From a virus (lineage: Duplodnaviria; Caudoviricetes), in the IMG/VR virus record IMGVR_UViG_2903109678_000002, positions 1 to 64,000 of that record: DNA of 64,000 bases; one strand, given 5' to 3'. Numbering within the stretch: the first letter of the stretch is position 1; each line of letters starts with the position of its first letter. Position numbers and translations under genes: made by a program. Below are positions 47,501 through 57,242 of the stretch, piece after piece. The notes below the pieces were generated by a model. The model was not told the origin of the DNA and ran no database searches. It saw only the letters and a program-made list of their open reading frames with translations.

Positions 47501-48028
47501 CTGGCTGAACTGAGTAATAACGGAGCCTGATTCCTCTGTGCTTGCGCCAGAGAGTTTCAGGCCAGTACTGAGCGCCTCTGTGATTTTAAGTACATCATCA
47601 GAGCTGTAGCCATACTCTCGCATTGATGCAGCAGCACGCGAGAACAAGTTGGCGTTATCTACAAACGCCGTTCCTGTCGCCTGGCTGATTGCCATTAGCT
47701 TGCGCTGCGAAGCCGCAAAGTCCTCAGTTGATGAAGATGCCTGACGCATGCGGGCATTCACAGAAGTCCATTCATCGGCAATAGCAATGATTTCACCGGT
47801 AGCAAACGCAGCCGCAGCGGCCGCTGCCGCGCGCCCTGCGGAAGCGAAACCACTGGTTAAATCGGATAATGCTCTTTCGCTTTCTTTGGCCGCTGCGGCG
47901 GCCTGACGGCCACCATTTTCCATGGTGCGGTAGTAGTCCTGCCCCATGCGTGATGCTCGGGCAATTTCCGTTTGAAAGGAGCTGGAATTTGCGGAGATTT
48001 TGATAATTAGTTCGCGCAGCGTAGCCAT
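44504..48028 (-). CDS. Phage tail tape measure protein
   Basis: MATLRELIIKISANS, QALAQGVLRGEEFN, GGFTG.GGKYDPAGIVHKGEFV. Confidence 0.93.
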   Translation of the reverse strand: MATLRELIIKISANSSSFQTEIARASRMGQDYYRTMENGGRQAAAAAKESERALSDLTSGFASAGRAAAAAAAAFATGEIIAIADEWTSVNARMRQASSSTEDFAASQRKLMAISQATGTAFVDNANLFSRAAASMREYGYSSDDVLKITEALSTGLKLSGASTEESGSVITQFSQALAQGVLRGEEFNAVNEAGDRVIRALAAGMGVARKDLKGMADQGQLTIDKVVPALINQLGTLQKEFAAMPQTVSGAMQKVSNSFMAWVGNINNATGATQALSGGVTGLAGAIDSFTASAVSGTLNDVANNMSTITTVAGALVGVGLAKYLGGVVSSATGATTSLIAAAKSEVALAAAQEKAAASAVAASRAAVYRAQQGLQAARSAEVQAAQQERVAAADAKVTAAQTRLNAALASGTATEKGRARTALDRAQAALVSAKNADAQAAAERRLAAAQASLNGNLANRVAAQNNLNNVTSVGSRLLGGALGLIGGVPGLVMLGAGAWYAMYQNQEQARESAREYIKTLEQVKSALPKMSLPEVSDNAFQTKASLNEQNRLVDEQARKVSELKSEVQGYQQILSNPGPSIGGFLVNHLISLSDATNGLDKSTSSLAVEQERLYQMQAKSQDVQSALTTLENRRIDLIRQQAAEQNAAYQSLVMMNGQHSEFNRLMSLGNNLIEQRSHLGTYTGPVLDYSGLNQKQQQALQKAERERVLGALDGLEKLHQQRVYEAQDLGLTGVYYNKYISDMDSGAISTQNIADSKKELTKSTNAQNKAEKEAASQAENYARKMADLSVATEVQKVRASEGEKASELYAATHQTGAKWTEEQRKAIRDSSAELAIWTQRAEENIKKQRDQVEALKDLREAARRLKDEGALTVETASLSDRQKQRYDETQQIGRTFDKTDKGTAAIAARNQALDALDKKYQAIAATEGNWLSGVSKGYQNWLDSAGNVAGTVATAITSTMDSALDNMSSMLIGSKADWKSWGLSVLQMLAKVALQMTIVNTLKQSGGSLLGGLIGGITSSIGGVASGAAASTGGVGAMGLSTSFAAYDGGGFTGVGGKYDPAGIVHKGEFVFTKEATQRIGVDNLYGMMRGYADGGAVGGKAQYSSKVNTASNQASPSISVYAPVNLTQPDSGSSNPSGVGAIQKQLSAVIQSKFTDLLKKEMSPGGILYNR

Positions 48029-48056
48029 ATATCACCCTTAAATACCGCCGCAGCGG

Positions 48057-48349
48057 TTACTCAATTAATCCACCCATCCATGTTTCAAGGCCGCTTTTTT
48101 CCCGATCCTCTTCCTGTTGCCCCCACTTAACCAGCAATTCATCTATCGTCGCTTTGCCACCCTGCGAATTAATGACTGCTGCCGATATCTGTGCAGACTG
48201 AACATCCCCCCGCCAGTCTCCTATTGGGCTGAGTTGATCGTAGGTGATCCACATTTTCAGCTCACTGGCCGTCAGGGTCTGGTGTAATTCATGGAGAGTG
48301 CGCCCCAGCCGGAGCGCCAATGACATGAGAAAGAAAGTCAGCGGCTGTT
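48057..48349 (-). CDS. Tail assembly chaperone T-frame (expressed as G-T frameshift product)
   Basis: LALRLGRTL.EL, SPIGDWRGD; the -1 frame is open from the end of the upstream gene. Confidence 0.8.
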
Positions 48350-48742
48350 TTACTTTGCCTCCGCGTTTTCCTGGCTCATGGTTAATTTAAGCGCCTTTGA
48401 TAAAAGGCGAGAATGTACCGGCCCATATGAATCTGACACAATACTTTCATCTTCATCGCTAAATACCCGGTTGCCGTTTTCATCCAACAACACGTCCATA
48501 AACATCAATACATCAGCCCTTTTATTACGCTGATACTCTTGGGTGTGGCTCAGCTTTGGAGGTTCTTCACCTTCAGGTAGGTCAGGAGACATAATTTCAC
48601 GGAATTTAACCCACGATTCAGCAGAGGGTTCACGCACAGTTACTTGAGCGTTGTCCCATTCTGCTACAGAGATTATCGTGGTTCGGAATGAACTAGACTT
48701 GGCGAGCGCCAGACTACGAATAGAATTGTTAACCTCAGACAT
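48350..48742 (-). CDS. Tail assembly chaperone G
   Basis: V.EW....VREPS, LLDENGNRVF, YGPVHSRLL. Confidence 0.85.
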   Translation of the reverse strand: MSEVNNSIRSLALAKSSSFRTTIISVAEWDNAQVTVREPSAESWVKFREIMSPDLPEGEEPPKLSHTQEYQRNKRADVLMFMDVLLDENGNRVFSDEDESIVSDSYGPVHSRLLSKALKLTMSQENAEAK

Positions 48743-48776
48743 TTTTTTATTTTCCTGATGGTGAGATTTTAATTAA

Positions 48777-49247
48777 TTAGCTTGCATCAGCAGCGATGGT
48801 TTTCAGTTTTCCTTTAACTCGCAGGGAGTACGTTGAAGCAACTACGCTTGATGTAGTGGCAGACCAAGTGCTTTGGCGAACCTCAATCAATGCGTAGTAG
48901 CCATTTCCTGAAGGGAAGACAATCTTCAGCGCGCGCATTTCGTCATTATCGTAGGCTTCTTGCAACGCCTGCTGTGCAGCTTCAGAACCAACCCAGTTAC
49001 GGGTAATGCTCATTTCTGCTGCCGCTGCCAGCCCGTTAGTTTGTTCGACTTCCGTTGAGCAAAGTGTGGTGGTTTCGATATCCGCCTTTTGACCGCCGGT
49101 ATAAGAGATTTCTTTTGTGGCACAGGATGCATCCAGCCAGGTGATTCCAGCGGCGGGGAATCCAGCGCTTTTGAAGTCTTCTTGAGTTACTGGGGCAGAA
49201 GATACCGAAAATGACATACCCTGCGTTTTTTCAAATTTACTAGTCAT
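48777..49247 (-). CDS. Major tail tube protein
   Basis: TGGQKADIETTTLCSTE.E..NGL, FPSGNG. Confidence 0.87.
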   Translation of the reverse strand: MTSKFEKTQGMSFSVSSAPVTQEDFKSAGFPAAGITWLDASCATKEISYTGGQKADIETTTLCSTEVEQTNGLAAAAEMSITRNWVGSEAAQQALQEAYDNDEMRALKIVFPSGNGYYALIEVRQSTWSATTSSVVASTYSLRVKGKLKTIAADAS

Positions 49248-49300
49248 GTTTTCTCCAGACATAAAAAAACCGCCATTTGGCGGTGTGGTACTGAGGTTAT

Positions 49301-49648
49301 TTACTGAATAGCCTGAACTTCGAATGTCGCCCGGTATAGCCCGGTGTCAGATTCCCAACCTTGCGTTTTGCTCAACTGGCTAAACCCAAGCGGCTCAAGC
49401 ATATCTATCGCCTTGAGCCTTATCTCTCTGGCCTCGTCAATCGTCAGGGAATAGACATCCACCTGCAAAACGCCAGTGCTTTCCGCCCGACAACCAAGCG
49501 TGTCAGCTTCACTTTCAGAAACTACTGTGAAGATAACCCACGGGGCGCGAATGTCTGGCTGACCAGCGGCATTAAGCGGGGCGATATAGGGGTAGACCTG
49601 ACCATCAGCCAGGCCACCTATTAAGCTGTATACATCTGCTTCGGTCAT
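49301..49648 (-). CDS. Tail terminator protein (DUF3168-like)
   Basis: GQVYPYIAP, LQVDVYS, DTGLYRA; position in the neck cluster. Confidence 0.8.
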   Translation of the reverse strand: MTEADVYSLIGGLADGQVYPYIAPLNAAGQPDIRAPWVIFTVVSESEADTLGCRAESTGVLQVDVYSLTIDEAREIRLKAIDMLEPLGFSQLSKTQGWESDTGLYRATFEVQAIQ

Positions 49649-50091
49649 TTGCTGAGCGCCTCGTCAATTGCCTGGTTCGCACGCTCAAATGCAGCCTTAG
49701 TCGCGTCATCTTGCTTCGCTTCATAAGCGGGGCGAACGAAGGGGGTCGCAGGTAACCGTGATGTGCCAAGTTCGACAAAGCGCCAGTAATAGGCGTTGTT
49801 CGGGTTGTCCGCTTTCATTTTGTTATCACTGTTTCCAGTCTCTGGGTTTGTACCGCGAATATGGACACCAGAGGTAATGTTGCCATTGCGGTCACGTTGG
49901 GTCATGACGACAACATTCTTTTTGAGCTTACCGGTCAGCTCCGGAGCGCGCTCAATAACTTCATCTTTGAAAACTGTGGCCGCAGCGCGTGTCATGTCAC
50001 GGACCACTTTATTGTTTTCAGCTTTACTCAGCACATCCAAATCAGCGGACAAATCCAGAAGGTCTGAGAAATCTAGCCTCGAATTAATCAT
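49645..50091 (-). CDS. HK97 gp10-like tail completion protein
   Basis: AP..TGKLKK, YWRFVELGT..PATPFVRPA. Confidence 0.9.
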   Translation of the reverse strand: MINSRLDFSDLLDLSADLDVLSKAENNKVVRDMTRAAATVFKDEVIERAPELTGKLKKNVVVMTQRDRNGNITSGVHIRGTNPETGNSDNKMKADNPNNAYYWRFVELGTSRLPATPFVRPAYEAKQDDATKAAFERANQAIDEALSK

Positions 50092-50429
50092 GATTTCACG
50101 CCCTCTTCGCAGAGAAGCTCCAGGCGAGCACCGTTCTCCGCCTTAATGGCCGAATTAATGGTATAGACCTCACCATTACCTGTTGGGGGAAGATGCAATA
50201 CACGCCAGCCAGCTTTAACCAACACACCGGGAATTTTGCGAATCCAGATACGGGCAGTAGTCCCTGATAGCTCAGCGCCAGCGGCAATAATCTCCCGACC
50301 TGAGATATCAGTAATATCAGCACGAACAGAGATCACATCTACCCATGAAACGCCTGGCTGGCCTGATGGTAGCCTTCCCGTTCCGGGTTTTTGCAGCGTA
50401 ACCCGATAACGCATAGGACCGGCTTTCAT
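50088..50429 (-). CDS. Head closure (stopper) protein
   Basis: MKAG.MR.RVTLQ, ISGRE, RIWIR. Confidence 0.85.
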   Translation of the reverse strand: MKAGPMRYRVTLQKPGTGRLPSGQPGVSWVDVISVRADITDISGREIIAAGAELSGTTARIWIRKIPGVLVKAGWRVLHLPPTGNGEVYTINSAIKAENGARLELLCEEGVKS

Positions 50430-50752
50430 ACGCCATAAATCCGGTAAGGCTGAAGGATTGCTTCAACAGCATAATCCAGTGAAGTACTGGTTAGCCCGGT
50501 AACAACAGCCTCACGGTTGGCATACCAGTGTGCGATCAGCATCAGCATCGCGGTTTCAATATCCTCACCGTAAAGCAGAGAATCTCGGTCAGTGATAAAG
50601 CCAGGATCGTCCGCCGATTCGTACAGGGTTCGGCGCGTGGACTTTTCAACCATCTTCACTGCTGCCTTAATTCGCCCAGCGATCCAGACGTCATCCTCCG
50701 TAAACCCCAGCTCCAGATTGCAGTGATGCTTTACCTGCTCAACGGTCAGCAT
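50426..50752 (-). CDS. Head-tail connector (HK97 gp6-like)
   Basis: VKHHC, AMLMLIAHWYANREAV, LQPYR. Confidence 0.9.
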   Translation of the reverse strand: MLTVEQVKHHCNLELGFTEDDVWIAGRIKAAVKMVEKSTRRTLYESADDPGFITDRDSLLYGEDIETAMLMLIAHWYANREAVVTGLTSTSLDYAVEAILQPYRIYGV

Positions 50753-50761
50753 CTGGCCCCC

Positions 50762-51019
<258 letters not shown>

Positions 51020-51064
51020 TGGATTACTCCCAATAAAAAACGGCCCGGAGGCCGCGATTAGTGA

Positions 51065-52285
51065 TTAGGAACCGGAACTGACTGCCGGGGCAGTGAATGG
51101 GCCATAGATAAAGCCCTCTGGACGTTTAACCGCGAGTGCCAGACGCTCTTCGCATCGAATTGAAATCATGTTCTTTTCGAAGTCGTCGGAGTTCTCAGTA
51201 GAGATCACTACGTTCGCGTCTTCACGGTCAAAGAGCTGCGCCGCCGCGTTGAATGCACCAGTCAGGAACTTGCCCTGGAATGCTGCTGCTTCAGTCGCTA
51301 CAACCGGCAGCCCCCAGAGGGTGGGACCAGTAAGCCCTGATGGATTAGCCAGAATGTAGCGCCCCAGAGTGTCTTTGGTCAGTTCAATTTTCGCCCAGTC
51401 AATAAAGTGCAGAACATGGCCAGATGAAGGGAAACGAGCTAATTGCGCCTGCAACATCGCCAGTCGCAGATCGTCGATACCGTTTTGATTAGCGACTTCG
51501 AAAGCAGCGGCATAGGCCGAAGCCTGTGGAACGATGCCCTTGAGGTGTGCACCAGTACCGTCACCGAAAAGAATTTCCTGCTCTTCAACATACTTCAGGC
51601 CATAACGCATCTCAGCATCAACGGTCGATTGCAACTGAGCAAAGTCATCCAGAATTTGCTTAGAAGCTTTGAACATGTGAGCAATGGTTGTTACAGGGGT
51701 GATCTGCGTTGCAAATTGAATATCGCTATACGGCTTGGTCGTTCCTTCAGGCACTACAGCCGCTTTGTTGGTAAAGCCCGTCTGCTGCACCCAGAAAATC
51801 GCAGGTGATGAGGTTCGGCCTGGCGCAATCAGGTCACGAATGAACAAGCGCTGTTTAGGCGTAGTATCGATACCTGGCAGTCGTTGAGGTTCAACCACTC
51901 CATCAGCAACACCCGTTGATAACAATGCGGCGTTAACCGGGACGCTAACGCGTTTTCCTCCTTCAACGCTGGCAGCAAAGGCTTTCAGAGCTTCATTGTT
52001 GATAACAACCTGCCCAACCGTTTCAACCACTTTTGCTGCATTGATGAGAGGCATCTCGGCAACCTGCTGTTCCAGTTCACCCAACGCGGCTTTGAGTGTT
52101 TTTTCCGCATCGCGTAGGGCATTAAACTCTGACGCCATTTTATCTACAGCGGTTTTGGTTTCCGCTGAAAGCGTGCCTGCGTTTTTGGCCTCCTTCAAAG
52201 CCTCTTCCGCTTTGGCACTGAATTTACCACTGGCCTCTTCAATGCTGGCCGTGACCTTTTTCAGAATTTCATTTACTTCAGACAT
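51065..52285 (-). CDS. Major capsid protein, HK97 fold
   Basis: N-terminal helical delta domain; RLFIRDLI, TIAH..ASKQILDD, GPTLWGLPVV, EERLALAVKRP. Confidence 0.95.
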   Translation of the reverse strand: MSEVNEILKKVTASIEEASGKFSAKAEEALKEAKNAGTLSAETKTAVDKMASEFNALRDAEKTLKAALGELEQQVAEMPLINAAKVVETVGQVVINNEALKAFAASVEGGKRVSVPVNAALLSTGVADGVVEPQRLPGIDTTPKQRLFIRDLIAPGRTSSPAIFWVQQTGFTNKAAVVPEGTTKPYSDIQFATQITPVTTIAHMFKASKQILDDFAQLQSTVDAEMRYGLKYVEEQEILFGDGTGAHLKGIVPQASAYAAAFEVANQNGIDDLRLAMLQAQLARFPSSGHVLHFIDWAKIELTKDTLGRYILANPSGLTGPTLWGLPVVATEAAAFQGKFLTGAFNAAAQLFDREDANVVISTENSDDFEKNMISIRCEERLALAVKRPEGFIYGPFTAPAVSSGS

Positions 52286-52294
52286 GGGGATTCC

Positions 52295-53143
52295 TTATTT
52301 ACGAAACGCCGCCAGGGCGCTTTCAAGTTGTTTGAGGTTGTCAGGATTGATTTCATTGGTAGCGCCCGGCATACCATCTTGATCAGCAGTAGCGCCCGGC
52401 GTACTGCCTGTTAAAGCTTTAAGAAGTTTTCGCCGTTCTGAACGCGGGGTATCTGTTTTCGCCAGTAGCGCATCGAGTTTGCGAAGGGCTGCGGAGGGGC
52501 TGTCATCGTCGTCGGCAATCTCATCCGCAGAGAGAAGGCGATTAGCGAAACCTTTATCAACGGCATCACTACCGCCGATATACGTTTCACCGTCCATCAT
52601 TGCGCCAACCTCTTCCATGCTTAGCCCAGTTCGCGCTGAGTAGATGTCAGCCATGGCTTTATCAAACGGCTCCATATCGGCAGCCAGTTGCGCTAAATCG
52701 TGGCGATTGCCTGCTGCATACACCCAGCAGTTATGAATCATCAGAAACGCGCCGCGACCGATCTGGATGTCATCACCTGCCATCGCGATGATGGACGCAG
52801 CAGATGCAGCCAGGCCAAGCACCTTAACTGTCACCTTCCCCTCGTATTCACGCAGCAGGTTATAAATAGCCAGGCCTTCGAACATGTCACCGCCAGGGGA
52901 GTTAACGTTAACAGTCACGTCAGAGCCACCCAGGGAGCGAAGCGCTCCAGCAATACGGCTGGCAGTGACACCGTCGCCCCAATAGTCCGCGCCGATCACA
53001 TCAAAAATAGAAATGCTGCCCTCTTCGGGCTTTGCCGCCCTGATATTTCCGTCCCACTTTTCCATCGCCGCAGACGGTAAATCGCGATTTGAGAGCGCAG
53101 AAGGACGCCCTACCGGCGCTGCCGGAAGGTTTTTTAAAGTCAT
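52295..53143 (-). CDS. ClpP-like head maturation protease
   Basis: NSPGGD..G.AIYN, GLAASAASIIAMAGD, MIHN. Confidence 0.93.
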   Translation of the reverse strand: MTLKNLPAAPVGRPSALSNRDLPSAAMEKWDGNIRAAKPEEGSISIFDVIGADYWGDGVTASRIAGALRSLGGSDVTVNVNSPGGDMFEGLAIYNLLREYEGKVTVKVLGLAASAASIIAMAGDDIQIGRGAFLMIHNCWVYAAGNRHDLAQLAADMEPFDKAMADIYSARTGLSMEEVGAMMDGETYIGGSDAVDKGFANRLLSADEIADDDDSPSAALRKLDALLAKTDTPRSERRKLLKALTGSTPGATADQDGMPGATNEINPDNLKQLESALAAFRK

Positions 53144-53153
53144 TGAGAGGCTC

Positions 53154-54458
53154 CTAAGCCGCTTTTTTAAGCGGGGATTGTTCGAAAGGTATGTCCGGGA
53201 ATACGTGAGCGTGAAGTTGTCTTGCTGCTAAAGCGTTAGCTGCATGACTATTTGTTTTCAGGTCTTCAAGTGGTGTCAGGTTAAGTTGCACTGTGTACAG
53301 CTCACCGCCCTCAATTGGCGGCATATTCTCCAGCCTGCGAACATCGTTACGCGACATCCAGCCATTCTGAAGAGCTGTGGTGTAGTAAGCGGCACGGCCT
53401 GCACTGTCTGCTCTCAGCAATCCTTCAACTGAGAACTCGGCAAACAGATCGTCGTCACCATCCAGCAGACAGCGGCAAATCTCCTGCTCAATGTTGACCA
53501 GCATTGGCCGAAGCGTGTTAGTCAGGAATTGCAGATTCATTCCCTCCAGGCTAGAGGCCCAGCTACTTTGCTTGTCAGCGTGGCCGACCATAAAAGGCGG
53601 CACGCGGAACCAGCGGCAAATCTCCTCAATGCTGAATGACCGGGATTCCAGCATTTGTGCAGCTTCTGGATTCATGGTGACGTTCTGATACTTCAGGCCA
53701 CCTTCCAGCACCATGATTTTCCCGGCGTTTTTGGACCCGGTAAAAGCCTGCATGTAGCCACGAAGCCTTTCTCGCTGATCATCATTAAGAGCAGCCTCGG
53801 CTGAGAGGAACCCCGAACTCTGAAGGCCGTTTTCAAATATCTTCGCAGCGGATTCTTCAACCGCCATTGCTGAGCCAATCACATCGCGTCCAACCATCAT
53901 TGGCATCATCCCGCAGACACCATCCAGGCCAAATCCACGAATATGCATGATGTTCTTCAGCGGAATAACTCGCGGTGATTTTGACTCGGTGTAGGTGTAT
54001 TCCAGTACGCCGCTGTCGAGGCGTTTAACCACCATGTTCTGCGGCAGCAAAGGCACCAGAGAAACCAGTTTGCTACCGATAAATTTCTTTTCAATAAAGG
54101 CATTTCCGCGCAGGCAGATACTGGCAACCAGCATCAACATGAAGCGGGAAGGCGTCATTTCCATATTGGGGCGGCGACAAAGCACCTGATACGCCGGGTG
54201 ATTCATAGCCAGCTTTCGTGAGCCATCGTCTTGTCGCTCATAAATCTTTAACGGCAGCGTCGATACCGATTCACTCAGCAACCGGACGCACGCCCAGACA
54301 GCAGACAGGCGGATTGCTTTATCTGCTGACACCACCTTGCCGCTGCTGCTCATCCCCATCCATTCCTGCCAGAATGTTCCCGTGGTTAAGCTAATCGGCA
54401 CGCCCAGCCAGTTCAGCAGCGCACTTTTAACCCTGCCGGGCTGTTTGTTTGCTTTCAT
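53154..54458 (-). CDS. Portal protein, HK97 family
   Basis: AVWACVR, LRGNAF, VLEGG, EEICRWFRVPP, GWMSRN.VR..EN..P. Confidence 0.95.
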   Translation of the reverse strand: MKANKQPGRVKSALLNWLGVPISLTTGTFWQEWMGMSSSGKVVSADKAIRLSAVWACVRLLSESVSTLPLKIYERQDDGSRKLAMNHPAYQVLCRRPNMEMTPSRFMLMLVASICLRGNAFIEKKFIGSKLVSLVPLLPQNMVVKRLDSGVLEYTYTESKSPRVIPLKNIMHIRGFGLDGVCGMMPMMVGRDVIGSAMAVEESAAKIFENGLQSSGFLSAEAALNDDQRERLRGYMQAFTGSKNAGKIMVLEGGLKYQNVTMNPEAAQMLESRSFSIEEICRWFRVPPFMVGHADKQSSWASSLEGMNLQFLTNTLRPMLVNIEQEICRCLLDGDDDLFAEFSVEGLLRADSAGRAAYYTTALQNGWMSRNDVRRLENMPPIEGGELYTVQLNLTPLEDLKTNSHAANALAARQLHAHVFPDIPFEQSPLKKAA

Positions 54459-56188
54459 CAGAAACCTATCATTATCGGGTTGTCGAAGAAGCCGCTCAGG
54501 TCTTGCACGTCTCCACCACCATTGACCAGCAGACGACTTTTGGCGGTGAATAATGCTACAGGGCCATCAATTTTATTTTCCGGGGTCGATTTATTCGGAA
54601 ATATGTTGTCGTTCTTATCGGGCTTAACCGTAATATTCGACATCATCCATGTCATAACCGGATTATCGTTATGATGGAATTTGTTGCCATATATCTCCGC
54701 CTGCACCGATTTCATCGCTTCAGAGAGGTTTTTAACCGTCTGAGGTACTTCAACCAGCGGCAAACCTTCTTCAGCCAGCGCCAGACTGAATTGCAGTGCG
54801 CTCCATGGGTCAAAAGCAATTTCCTTGATATTCTCGCCATGCAGCCACTCCACAATTTCAGCCTTGATATACGCGTGATCGATAACATCACCATCGGTTA
54901 ATTCCAGATATCCGGCATCAGACCACTTGCGGTAAAGCTCAGCGATATGATTAGGGGCGGTTTCAATGCGCCCTTCCGGTAGCCAGAATCGCGGTTCAAT
55001 ATGTGTTTCGCCTGTTGGATCGCGCCATGCTTTCACTGCCGCGCAAATATCAATTTTGTTTGCCAGGTCAACACCAACCCACAGCGGCCAGCCTTTTCTC
55101 TTCTCAATAGCAGCCGTTTCGGGCATCTTCGCCCAGCGCTCCATGTCCATCCAGGCACTTTCAGCAGTAACCCAGATGTTCAGGTGTTTGGTGAAGAAGT
55201 TAGGCCGTGCGGCCACCTGCTCTTTCGCCTTCTTCGCGAGGCGGCGCATATCATCCCAGCGCTTGCAGACCCCGAGTCCGGGGTTTGCTTTCGGCCAGTT
55301 CGCCTCATCAAAGGGATCGTCATCTTCGTCCAGGGTGTAGATGACGGCAAAGTAAGTGTCATCATCCACTATTCCGCGTAATACCTTGATGGCGTAATCA
55401 CGCTGCTCGAAGCAGATTCCCTCTTTGTTAGTGCCCGCCGTGGTGATAGCAAACAACAGCGATTGAAGACGCGCACCCGTTGCGGTTTCGAGCACGTCCC
55501 ACACATCACGGGTACGGTGAGCGTGCAGCTCATCGACTATCCCGCAGTGGATGTTGAGGCCGTCGAGGTTGTTGGCGTCACTGGAAAGCGGCTCAAACTT
55601 TGACGCAGTTCTTTCCTGATGGATATTGAGCTTTACGTGACCGAAAAGCCGCCCCAGCGTACGAGGTGACTTCTTAATCATGTTCTTTGCATCGTCAAAC
55701 ACGATGCGAGCCTGATCGCGCGTAGTGGCTGCTGAGTAAACCTCTGCACCACCTTCGCCATCAGCTCCAGTCATGTACAGACCGATACCGGATGAGAGTG
55801 TAGATTTGGCGTTTTTACGTGCCACTTCGTCATAAGCCGTGCGGAAACGGCGTACCATAACCGGATCGCCATCTTCATCCAAAACCTGTTCGCCGCTGAT
55901 CTCATCGATAAGCGGAATAATGAATCCAAACAGGTTAATCAGAATAAAGATGTGCCAGGGCATTAAATCAATCGGCTTGCCTGCCAGCGCACCTTTCACA
56001 TGTGGAACGAAATTGTAGAAGTCGAGAATGTGCTGGGCGCGGTCCTCACTGAAATAGACGCCGCGTTCCGGTCCATGCTCTAAATCATTGAGGAATCGCT
56101 GACACGCCAGGCGCACCAGTTCGCCAGCAACAATCTCGCCAGCCAGTACGCGCTCGGCGTACTGAATACCAGCCTGGACGGTTGCCAT
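54458..56188 (-). CDS. Terminase large subunit
   Basis: VARKNAKST, IVDELH, ITTAG, GVDLA, KIDG. Confidence 0.95.
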   Translation of the reverse strand: MATVQAGIQYAERVLAGEIVAGELVRLACQRFLNDLEHGPERGVYFSEDRAQHILDFYNFVPHVKGALAGKPIDLMPWHIFILINLFGFIIPLIDEISGEQVLDEDGDPVMVRRFRTAYDEVARKNAKSTLSSGIGLYMTGADGEGGAEVYSAATTRDQARIVFDDAKNMIKKSPRTLGRLFGHVKLNIHQERTASKFEPLSSDANNLDGLNIHCGIVDELHAHRTRDVWDVLETATGARLQSLLFAITTAGTNKEGICFEQRDYAIKVLRGIVDDDTYFAVIYTLDEDDDPFDEANWPKANPGLGVCKRWDDMRRLAKKAKEQVAARPNFFTKHLNIWVTAESAWMDMERWAKMPETAAIEKRKGWPLWVGVDLANKIDICAAVKAWRDPTGETHIEPRFWLPEGRIETAPNHIAELYRKWSDAGYLELTDGDVIDHAYIKAEIVEWLHGENIKEIAFDPWSALQFSLALAEEGLPLVEVPQTVKNLSEAMKSVQAEIYGNKFHHNDNPVMTWMMSNITVKPDKNDNIFPNKSTPENKIDGPVALFTAKSRLLVNGGGDVQDLSGFFDNPIMIGF

Positions 56189-56191
56189 TCA

Positions 56192-56665
56192 TCATTTGCG
56201 CTTTTTAAGAAATTCTTCCAGTGGATCGGCTTCAGTCGGGTCTTTCGCGCCAACCTTGGTTCGGCTGGCAGGCGTCATTCCGAATTCGCCAAGCATCGCC
56301 CGTATTCTTTTCCAGGCGTCAGATTTCATTATCGCGGCGGGGTGAGCCTTGATTAACACATCCCCGGTCATGGTTTCGGTGCGATAGGTGTAACCCTCTA
56401 TCGCCAAAGTGTCGCAGTGGTGGCGAAACTCGGTGTAAGCCTCTACCAGCAATTCGAGCGCTCGGGCATCGAGTTTGGTTACCACGCCGATAGCGTCAAG
56501 TTCTTCGCCAATCCGCTTAAACCAGTACTTCCCCTGCTTATCAAAATGCTTAGGAATTGGGGGAACCCCTGAAGGCGGTTTTGGTTCGTTCTTGTTTATG
56601 GCTCTTTTTGATGGATTCCCCTTCACCAAAGCCAGGTGTGTCGGGGTTTTCGGTGGTCCTGGCAT
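56192..56665 (-). CDS. Terminase small subunit, P27 family
   Basis: GPPKTPT.L..KGNPSKR, HPA, EFGMTPASR. Confidence 0.92.
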   Translation of the reverse strand: MPGPPKTPTHLALVKGNPSKRAINKNEPKPPSGVPPIPKHFDKQGKYWFKRIGEELDAIGVVTKLDARALELLVEAYTEFRHHCDTLAIEGYTYRTETMTGDVLIKAHPAAIMKSDAWKRIRAMLGEFGMTPASRTKVGAKDPTEADPLEEFLKKRK

Positions 56666-56741
56666 AATCGAAAACTCCTATTAATTAACGATGCGGAAAC
56701 CCATAAAAAAGCTTTCTAACCTGCGGCGGTGTGAAAAAAGG

Positions 56742-56751
56742 TTAGGCGGCG
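56742..56751 (-). other. Candidate cos (cohesive end) site
   Basis: CGCCGCCTAA lies between the HNH and terS genes, the usual cos position in HK97-like phages. A second ACCGCCGC is nearby. The exact cut site is inferred. Confidence 0.45.
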
Positions 56752-56859
56752 GTCCTTTAGGGGCAAAGGCCCGAACTTTCGCCCCGCCCCACCCGATAAA
56801 CGATAATGAATCTCATTTATATTTAGGGCGCACTAGTTTTGTGCAAATAGTTTTGATTA

Positions 56860-57210
56860 TTACTTGCATCGCTCTTTGGCTGTTTTGCCTTTATGGCACG
56901 ACCAGCACAGCGCCTGTAGGTTGGCATCATCATCCGTGCCACCGTGTGCCTTGGGTTTGATGTGGTCTACGGTAGATGCTGGGGCGGGCTTCTGCTGCCG
57001 CAAGCACTCCTGGCATAGATGACGATCACGTTTAAGTATGCGAGCGCGGATGACGTCCCACTTGCTGCCATAGCCTCGCTGGTGTCGGGTCTTGCCGCCT
57101 TGATGTTGTTCCCAGCCCTCGTTGCGATGTTCTTCGCAATAGCCTGAGCGGTCGCTTGTGGTGCGCGCACAGCCACGCTTACGGCATGCGCGAGGAATAG
57201 CTGATGGCAT
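56860..57210 (-). CDS. HNH endonuclease (packaging-associated, gp74-like)
   Basis: RGYG..W, LCQEC, VDHIKP..GG, NLQALCWSCH. Confidence 0.92.
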   Translation of the reverse strand: MPSAIPRACRKRGCARTTSDRSGYCEEHRNEGWEQHQGGKTRHQRGYGSKWDVIRARILKRDRHLCQECLRQQKPAPASTVDHIKPKAHGGTDDDANLQALCWSCHKGKTAKERCK

Positions 57211-57242
57211 ATAAACTCCAATAAAAAACTGCCTGGAGGTGG

